Assembly: GCF_006345805.1 (NCBI RefSeq)
Contig: NC_043004.1
Location: 12,772,001 to 12,836,000 of the forward strand
Direction of reading: 5' to 3'
From: Octopus sinensis
Lineage: Eukaryota
Length of the DNA stretch: 64,000 nucleotides
Part shown: piece by piece, positions 55,029 through 64,000 of the stretch
Layout: every line of letters starts with the position of its first letter
How positions within the stretch are numbered: the stretch's first letter is position 1
Made by a program: the position numbers and the translations under genes
Notes under the pieces: model-generated
What the model was told of the DNA's origin: nothing
Database searches by the model: none
The model's input: the letters and a program-made list of their open reading frames with translations, nothing else

Positions 55029-55989
55029 TATATATACATGCATGTGGATATTTACTTATACATAAATATACACACATATACACAGGTGCAGGCACACAAG
55101 CAAACACATATATTTGCATTTACTTAGACATACATACGTACATATGCGCGTGTGGATGTATGTGTGTAGGTTTGTGTTAGGAGAATGGTGGCAGATAAAT
55201 AAAGAAATAGATAGATATAGGCATGTTGGTGTTCTAAAAATCGTCTGTCTCTGCAGGAACAAAAAAAAAAAAATTATGTGTTGTTTCTGTATTCTCTCTC
55301 AGACATTTTCCAAAATTAATGCTGGCTGCTGTTGCAGAAAGCATTATAAATTGGAAGACGAAAATAAAACACAAAAAAAAGTTAAAATGAAAAATACGTC
55401 GTCTCAGTTGAATTTGGACATAGAACAATAAAGGAGCGGGGTGCAGGATGCAAAGACAATGGTAGATTTCGGGGTGGGATTTAAATTAAACTGGCAAGGA
55501 ACTTGGATATAATAGAAATATATAAACAGAGGAATAAAAGCACATAAATATATAATTGAAAACATAACGCCAATTTGAAATTATTCTAGCGGCATGCTTT
55601 CAGCCCCCCAGCATTGACACCAAATATAGTTCGTGCATTCATTGGGTAATTTTATGTTATTTAGTATTTGTTCTTTTACTTTTTTTTTCCATTTCTTTTT
55701 TTTTTTTGTACCTCCATTTTGAGTTTTGTGATTTTTTGCTTGTTTGTTTTGGGTATTGTTTATTTTTTTTTTTTTTCCTCCTGGTTAAAGTATGTCTTGT
55801 TTGAAACTGTCAGCTCGAGTAAACTAACTGCAAACGACAGCTGCGTAATCACCACCACCAACACCACCAGCACTACCACCAGAACCACCACAGCCGCCGC
55901 CACCACTAACACATCATCATGATCATCCTAATCATCATGAATATCAGTTTTTAGAAGCATGTGGCAAAAAGTACCATCCTCATATATTC

Positions 55990-56013
55990 TCATAAATACA
56001 CACACACACATAT

Positions 56014-56052
<39 letters not shown>

Positions 56053-56078
56053 ACATTTATATATATATAATATATATA

Positions 56079-56114
<36 letters not shown>

Positions 56115-56321
56115 TATTTATATATATACATATATATATATATGCATATATATACATAAATATATATACATATATATATATATACATATATATATACATA
56201 TATATATATATATACATATATATACATATATATATATATATTATATACATATATATATATATATATATAATATTATATATATCATAATATATAATATTAT
56301 ATACAATATATATTATATATA

Positions 56322-56384
<63 letters not shown>

Positions 56385-56442
56385 TACATTTATATATACA
56401 TATACATATATATATATATATATATATACATATATATTACAT

Positions 56443-56525
<83 letters not shown>
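55990..56525. repeat. (TA)n/(TG)n compound microsatellite
   Basis: Directly visible. Confidence 0.95.
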
Positions 56526-56528
<3 letters not shown>

Positions 56529-56534
56529 GACGTA

Positions 56535-56865
56535 GGTATGCATTCCTCAATGGTTAAGTTGTCGGGCTCACAATCATGAGATAGTGACTTCGATTCCAGG
56601 ACCGAGCTGTGTTGTATTCTTGAACAAAACACTTTATTTCAAGTTGCTGCAGGTCTCTCAGCTGTAGAAATGAGTTGTAACGTCACTGGTGCAAAGCTGT
56701 ATCGGCGTTTGCATTTGCCTTGGTCAACATCAGTGGCACGGACAGTGAAGGCTGGTAAGCATCGGCGACTGCTGGTCTTCCGCTAACAACCTTCTCCAGA
56801 CTTGTTCCTTAGAGAGTAACTTTCTAGATGCAATCCAATCCAATGGTCACTCATGACTGAAGGGT
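56535..56865 (+). mobile_element. tRNA-derived SINE (family C-like)
   Basis: TCAATGGTTAAG..TTCGATTCC..TTGAACAAAACACTTTATTTC, similar to 22637, ~51040 and 54780-54960 (-). Confidence 0.6.
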
Positions 56866-56906
56866 TTATATATATATATATATTATATAATATATATATA
56901 TATATA

Positions 56907-57050
56907 GGCGCAGGAGTAGCTTATTACACACACCACATGGTTCCGATTCCAGTCTCACTGTGTGGCACCTTGGGCAAATGTCTACTATAGCCGCGGGCCG
57001 ACCAAAACGTTGTGAGGGGTTTGGTAGACAGAAACTGAAAGAAGCCCGTC

Positions 57051-57130
<80 letters not shown>

Positions 57131-57367
57131 TGTGTGTGTGAGTGTCTGTGTGTGTATGTGTGTGTGCGCGCGTGTGTGTGTGAGTCTGTGTGTTTAAACG
57201 TGTGTGTTTACGTCCCCCGAAACTTAGCGGTTCGGTAAAAGACACCGATATAATAAGTACTAGGCTTACAAAAAACAAAACCTCGGGTCGATTGGCTTGA
57301 CTAAAGGCAGTACTCCAGCATGGCCGCAGTCAAATAATTGAAACAAATAACAGGATAAAAGAATAAA

Positions 57368-57370
<3 letters not shown>
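56907..57370 (+). mobile_element. SINE family A, full-length, with internal (TA)n(TG)n
   Basis: Head GGCGCAGGAG..GGCACCTTGGGCAA, microsatellite, then 3' part AACTTAGCGGTTCGG..CCAGCATGGCCGCAGTCAAAT. Confidence 0.85.
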
Positions 57371-57412
<42 letters not shown>

Positions 57413-57542
57413 TACACATCTATGTAAGTTTATATATACTTATTCATGCAGGCTTACATGTATCTATCTATCTATGTATCTAATTATCTATGCATCTATA
57501 CATATATATATATAGTTTTTTCATAGCATTTTTGATTGCCTC

Positions 57543-57603
57543 GATAACTGACGAGATGCCGGGGCAGTTTTCCGTCCCGACATCCGAAACTCGGAGTGTT
57601 ATT
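57543..57603 (+). ncRNA. Hammerhead motif with G at the cleavage position (likely inactive)
   Basis: GATAA-CTGACGA-GATG.CGGG..CCCG.CATC C-GAAA-CTC G GAG-TG-TTATT. Confidence 0.6.
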
Positions 57604-57976
57604 ATGGCAACCGAATAATAGCCACATGTTATATTACAGATAAATTCCTCTATTTACATAATATCGAGGTCTCATTCATTCTGTTGTTATCTTACCATTA
57701 CTATTAATATACATATATGCATACATACATACATACATACATACAAGCATACATATATATATATATATGTATGTATGTATGTATGTATATATGTATGCAC
57801 ATACACACAGAGGTATAGCTTTGTGATTAAGGAGCTCACTTTACAACCATATAGTTTCGGATTCAGCTTTACAGTTTACCACCTTCATCGAATATCTCTT
57901 ACTTAAGCCCTGGGTTATTGCATGTGTATTTGGTAGACGAAATTGTTTGGAAGCCCGTCGTATACATACATACACT

Positions 57977-58027
<51 letters not shown>

Positions 58028-58089
58028 CATTATTGGTGAATTGAAGAAATGGAGCTGAACGCAGATTGAACAGAAATCGTTTTATTTCA

Positions 58090-58169
58090 TTCTACACGTG
58101 TTTCGAAAGGCACAAATTACCAAAATCCGATTGAATAATGGGACCATATTGTGTCTTTCTCTTCAGGAA
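58090..58169 (-). ncRNA. Type I hammerhead with long stem II, near one end of a ~780-bp unit in (TA)n
   Basis: TTC-CTGAAGA-GAAAGACACAA..TTGTGCCTTTC-GAAA-CACGTG-TA-GAA. Confidence 0.75.
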
Positions 58170-58860
58170 GAAAAAGGAAATCCGTTGGAAAAACAAAAAC
58201 AGAACAGAGGCGGAGCAAAAACAAATCGAACTGTGCTCCTAAGAGCCCATGGCGAAACTGTTTATCAGTGTATGTTGAGAACCGGTGGCTGAAGAATTCA
58301 ACGGGTCAGGCATCGGTCAATCATGTGGTGAGGGTGTATAGATGTTCTTTGTGACCGAGAATAAAGTTCTGACTATTTAAGGAATATTGGATGTTTTATA
58401 AGGGGCGAGAAAAAATCTACTTAGAGACGTTGTGTGTGTATACTGTTCTATACATGTGTGTGTTGGCGTAGGGGTAGAAAACATTTTTTGTGTACGTGTG
58501 TGCGTTTGATCGTTCGGCTGTCAGTGGCTACTGCCGTGATAACCGTTGGGTGGCAGAAAGAAAAAAATTTAAAAAATATATATATATTATGTTTTATGTG
58601 TGTGTGTGTTCATCTAAGCCTGCCTTGTCAAGGAAACCCCCCGCTGTGAGAAAGCCAAGCCCCGTTTGTCTTACAGGAGTAATTCCCCTTGCAGTGGTTA
58701 ATCGTAGATATCTTAAAGGCTGTTTACTGCTGTGATTTTTGCTACTAAGGTATCGGTTAAACTTTTGATTAATCTACTACAAGATTATACATCTTTCTAT
58801 TTCACATTATATATATATATATATGTTATATATATATATATATATAATATATATATATAT

Positions 58861-58895
<35 letters not shown>

Positions 58896-59494
58896 GCTAC
58901 ATAAAGCGATGGGAGATATGTGTTACCATTGGTGGTGGCGATGTAGAGAAGGACGAATCCTTATGCCAAGTGTCGTTTATCTTAGTCGTTGGGAAGTGGG
59001 TCTGGGGAAAACCTAAATGAACGCCCCTTAGGGTGTACGTGTGTATATTTGTGTTTGTCCCTCCGCTGCTTGACAACCTGACTCGCTTTGTTCACGTCTT
59101 CTTAACCTGGCAGTTTGACAATAGGTACGTATTGAATAAATAGGAAACTTTATCAGAAACTATGCCTCCATCAAAGCGATGCCCCAATATGGCCGCAGTA
59201 CGGTAGCTTAAACAAGTAAATGCTGAATGCTTTTTTTCATCATATTTAAAAGAAAGGGTATTATTTAATGACATTTTCTACAAATAACTTTCCGTTGGCT
59301 TCGGTTACAATTATATGGTAATTTAATATAGAAAGAAAAGTTTTGATTATTTAATAACAATTATGTGAGAAAGAAAAAAGCTTTTCAGAGCCATGTGATT
59401 CCTGCTATGTCTAGCATAGTAAATAACCACGTACGGGACAGAACACCATTGAGATTACTTAAAAGAGCGAGATTATGAATGCGATACTATAATC

Positions 59495-59695
59495 CACAAG
59501 GCCTGAAATTCTTGAAGGAAGAGAATTAGTCAATTACATCGACCCAATGCTCAATTGGGCCTTATTTCATCGACCCCGGAAGGATGAAAGGAAAAGTCGA
59601 CCTCGAGTGGAATTTGAACTCAGAACGTAAAGACGGACGAAACGCCACTTAGCATTTTTCACGACGTGCTAACACTTCTGCCAGCTCGCCGCCAT
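59495..59695 (-). mobile_element. SINE family B (tail-2)
   Basis: CACAAGGCC..ATCGACCCC..GGATGAAAGG..GAATTTGAACTCAGAACGTAA..CTGCCAGCTCGCC. Confidence 0.85.
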
Positions 59696-60827
59696 ATGAA
59701 TGTAATGAGATCATGAAAGAATTATCAATTCAATAATTAGTGGTAGTGTTGTCCTCCCTATTCTGCAAAGACTTCTTTAGGAGAAATTTCTTGAAATATT
59801 GCAGTATCCTCCAAACTAATTTTTTCTGCAGATTTCTATTTCTTGTAGCGATACCCGACGAATGTAAAAGAGTTCTGGAATCAACGTAATCTCGTTGACT
59901 CTGGATTAAGCTTATAATTTATAGAAAGTAACGATGGAATTATTTGGGTAACCTTTATATTTCGTGAACTTAAACAGATGATAGAAAAAAAACGCTTCCT
60001 CCTCAGTAAATTGAAATGTCGCATTGAATAAGATTTGTGATTGAATCGTGCATTTGAAATATTCAGTAATAAAAGAAATTTTAAAAATCGCATTTTGTTA
60101 ACAAAAACTCTCGAACTATTTCCAGACAGTCTAACCTTTAATAGCTGCTTCATGTTAGTAAAAGTTACTTAATTCCCACTAATTAATAAACTGCTTTCTC
60201 CATTATTGTATAGTTTATACAGGTATGTATACGTTGATGGATTTATTACGTGAATACCTGTTCTTTGCTTGCTGATGTGTGTGCTTGCTTGCGCTCGAAT
60301 TTCCAGAAATTTTATTCTTTAATTTCATTTAATGTTAGTAAAACAAACATATTATGGTGTACATAAAACATGAAATTTTGAGTAACCTTAGGATTATAAA
60401 CTGGAACTATATAAACCCATGCTGTAATTATTCATTGCCTCTTGGGTTTTAGGTAATCTTTACTCGTTAGTATTACTGTGTACGCGATCCTTTCAGTCAG
60501 AGCACTTTACCAAAAATCTATGCGCGTGAGCACACATGCATAGATATAATTATATATATTTTAATGTATGTAAAAACACGTGTGTGTATGCATACATACA
60601 CACACATACACAGACACACCATTCTTATAGGTGTATACATATATACATGCATGCATTACAGTGTATAAAATAAACAGGGATGCAGCAAATATTCACTCAC
60701 TCATATATATATATATATATATAAATACATATATATATATATATATACATACACACACATATATATATTTATTTATATACATATGTTTATATATATATAT
60801 ATATGCATATATATATACATATACGTT

Positions 60828-60885
<58 letters not shown>

Positions 60886-61989
60886 GCAGGCACATAGAAT
60901 GTATAAGATAAAACACGAACGCAGCATGCTGAAGGATGAAGGATGATGTAGGTCGGAATGAATTTTCATGCTGTTAAAACAAACAATTCCTGAATAATAA
61001 CAAATCTTGAAAGAGGAAGAGAAAAAAAAGAAACGAAAAGAGTTGAGAAGCTGTCTGAAGATTAGAAGAGAACTGACAGAGAACATATGAAAGGAAAAGT
61101 GTGATGTTTAGATAACTAGAAGTGGAGAGGCGAAACCTGGACGAAAACATTTAAGAGACAGAGACTCTGGGAGTAGTAAAGTACAAGATTTCTGTAAGAG
61201 TAGATCGTCTGTGAACAAATGATTTATGGAGAGAGAGAGAGAAAGGGAGAGAAGTATGAGCTAGCAGATGAAATAGGAACAGATATGTGAAAGTGGAGCT
61301 AGAAGAGAGGAGATGAAATGAAAAAAACAAGAGAGAAGAGAAATGGAAAAAAATCATTATGTAGAAGACAACAGATGAGATGAGATAGAAGTACATTAGG
61401 TCATTTGAAATGTGCGGTGGAAACATCTAGATGTGAATAGATAAAAGAAAGAGGTAAAATAATGTTATGAGAAGACATGCTGCCGGTGTTGAATATGAGG
61501 AAATTATCTGTGATGGTGGGAAAACCGATGAGAGTGTTGACAGTTACCTCCCTTTAAACCAGTTGTCTCATCCATTGGCTACCGGATGGCACACGTCGTG
61601 GTGTTGCTTTGTGGGAGAATTAAATCTATAGCTTTTGGGCGGCGCAACCTGCTGCGATTCCAAGTAATGTAACGGTCAAACATAACCACCTCTTATGTAT
61701 AAGAATACGGACAAACAGAATCTGCCTTTATCTCTTTCTATACTATTACTGCAATTTGCATGCTTTATAAAGATTAAAACGATTTACGGCCGCATTTGGA
61801 AATACTTATCTTCTCTCTATTTTTGCATTTGGACAATGTCTACCTTCTACATTTCAGCTTTCTTTGTTAGGAGCATAAGAATTAGAGAATAAGAATTTAT
61901 CTTTATGTAAGCATGTTATATCTTTCTCGTCTCGTATATTAAGTAATTCTGACTTGACAATTAATGCTTAAATTACAGCAATTATTTTA

Positions 61990-62270
61990 ACGGTTATATG
62001 AAGATGGTTATAAGGTGGTTATCCGTCTTTTTAGAGGGCAATATATTTGGGGGATCACTTATTATATCAATCGATCGTTTGTTGTGATTTTTATTGTTAT
62101 TGTTCCTAGTTTCGTAGGAATCTAGCTTTTTATTGTTAATAGAGGCTATGATAGTAGCTAGGTTGCGAGTTAGGCTATGGCCTATTATAATTTTATTGCG
62201 AAAGATTTCTGAGTATTTCGTATTCATATTGAAGTGCTTATTTATAAGTTTCATTATAGGTTCAACTATA
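61990..62270 (-). mobile_element. PLE fragment (RT-EN linker)
   Basis: MKLINKHF..IFRNKIIIGHSLTRNLATII matches FLRLVSKHF..IFNRRTLKVSYSCCRNFASYI of the 3595-6734 element. Confidence 0.55.
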
Positions 62271-63099
62271 TTGCCAACAACACCACGCAGTGAAACTAAA
62301 TCTGGAACCGCGTGGTTGAGAAGCAGGTAGGCTTCCTGACACTCTCAATCTTGGAAATTTACTCACAAGTCATTGGTTAACCCGGGGCTGTAGTGGAAAT
62401 CATTCAACGTACCGTGCAACGGAACTGATCTCGAAGCGACATGTTTTTAAAGCGACGGTTTTAAATTCTTAACCACACATACATGTTCTGTACCTAATGA
62501 TATGAAAATAAAAAAAAACACACCATATGAAAAGAAAATTACAGATAAAATGGAATGAGTATTAAAATGAAACTAAAGCATGAAACAGAGAAAGCTGAAT
62601 TAAAATAGAATCTAAGAGTTAAGAGATAAGTTGAGAAGAGATCTCGAAGAAACAAGTAGAGAACGCAATTAGTTACAAATATCAGGAATTCTTCGTGTAT
62701 TTTTCCTCTTTTATTTTTATGTGATATATTTTTTTGTATTTAAAAATTTTATATTTCTACTCGAAAAATTGACAGGCTGGAAAAATAACGAAAGAAAAAT
62801 AAGTAAACGATAAATTAAAAAAAAAGAAACAAGCCAAAAAAATGCCATTAAAAAGTAGAAAGAAACTCAAACATAAATATTTAAAATAAAAAAAGAAACA
62901 ATCAACTATTTTATATTATAGCAACTTATTACAAGCTGACAGAGACAAAATGTGAGTAAATTTTCATTACTGAAAACAATAAAGACAAAATGTTAAAAGA
63001 CTAAAAGTATATATATAAGAATAAAGCTGGAAAGACTAAACTAAAATATATATTTATCTATTGAGAAACTAAAACAAAAGCCAAATAAATAAAAAAAAA

Positions 63100-63116
63100 T
63101 CATGATGATGTTGATG

Positions 63117-63148
<32 letters not shown>

Positions 63149-63456
63149 GATGAGGATGATGATGATGAAGGTGGTGATGATGACGATGACAGGGGAGGAG
63201 GAGGAGGAAGCAAACGACGACGACGATGCCGATGATGATGGTGGTGAGGATGGTGATGATGGTGGTGACGATGATCATGATAGGGAAAGAGGGGGATGAA
63301 GCAGACGGCGACGATGACGATGATGATGACAGTGATGACGGTGACGACGATGATGGTGATGAGGATGGCGTTGATGTTGATGATCATGATAGGGGAGGAG
63401 GAGGAGGAGGAAACAGACGACGACGATGATGATGGTGATGACAGTGATGACGACGG

Positions 63457-63487
<31 letters not shown>

Positions 63488-63535
63488 GATTATAATGATG
63501 ATGATGATGATGATGGTGATGAGCAAGAGGAGGGG
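63100..63535. repeat. (GAT)n array with higher-order GGGGAGGAGGAGG..GACGACGAC units
   Basis: Directly visible; three to four repeats about 110-120 bp apart. Confidence 0.9.
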
Positions 63536-63920
63536 CAAGCTTAAAGGCAGTATTCAAGCTCTGGATTAACCGTAACGGTTAAATCAAATTAAATAGGCAC
63601 TAACGATGGGCTCTATATCTCTCATGCACTTTTCACTGCTTAACTTACTCAACAAGGCCAGCCTCTCTCCTGTTCCCTGTTATAACCATTGCCAGCAGCA
63701 TTCTGCTGCTGCTTCCCCTCCTCCTCCTCCTCCTCTTCTCCTCCTCCTCTCCTTTCCTCATATTAATCAGGATTGACGTCATCCTATTCATGTCATCATC
63801 CTCTTAGAGTAACTCTATGTCAGCGGATATGAATAGCATAGTGTGCCCACAATTTCAACAGACCCGCTATACAGATTGTGATAGACTGCGATCTGGACTG
63901 TCAACTGAAGACGTTTAGAG

Positions 63921-64000
63921 CTGTGGTTCTCAACCCTGTTTTTACCTATGGAACATTTTGATTCTTATTTTACTCGGATGGGACCTCGCAGTCATTAAAT
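63921..64000 (+). mobile_element. Possible hAT-type MITE left end
   Basis: CTGTGGTTCTCAACC resembles the CAGTGGTTCTCAACC hAT TIR; the other end lies outside the window. Confidence 0.4.

Overview
AT-rich, microsatellite-dense, non-genic animal DNA. The SINE sequences and repeat landscape suggest an octopus/cephalopod genome (inference, not tested). I see no intact host gene; nearly all short ORFs in the track are microsatellite translations. The window holds three decayed Penelope-like retroelements (PLEs; RT plus GIY-YIG), a Ty3/gypsy remnant with both LTRs, CR1-like and RTE LINE fragments, an ORF1-only LINE derivative, a non-autonomous Helitron, a mariner fragment, a pogo/Tigger-like MITE and many tRNA-derived SINEs. 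The main hidden signal is about 15 type I hammerhead-ribozyme (HHR) motifs from roughly ten unrelated sequence families, mostly embedded in (TA)n. They occur in PLE termini, in several fold-back palindromes and in one ~205-nt head-to-tail retrozyme-like repeat. Some carry recurrent non-canonical cores (CCGAUGA; UUGAAAA with a U3-A8 swap). All structures were read by eye; no folding or database search was run.
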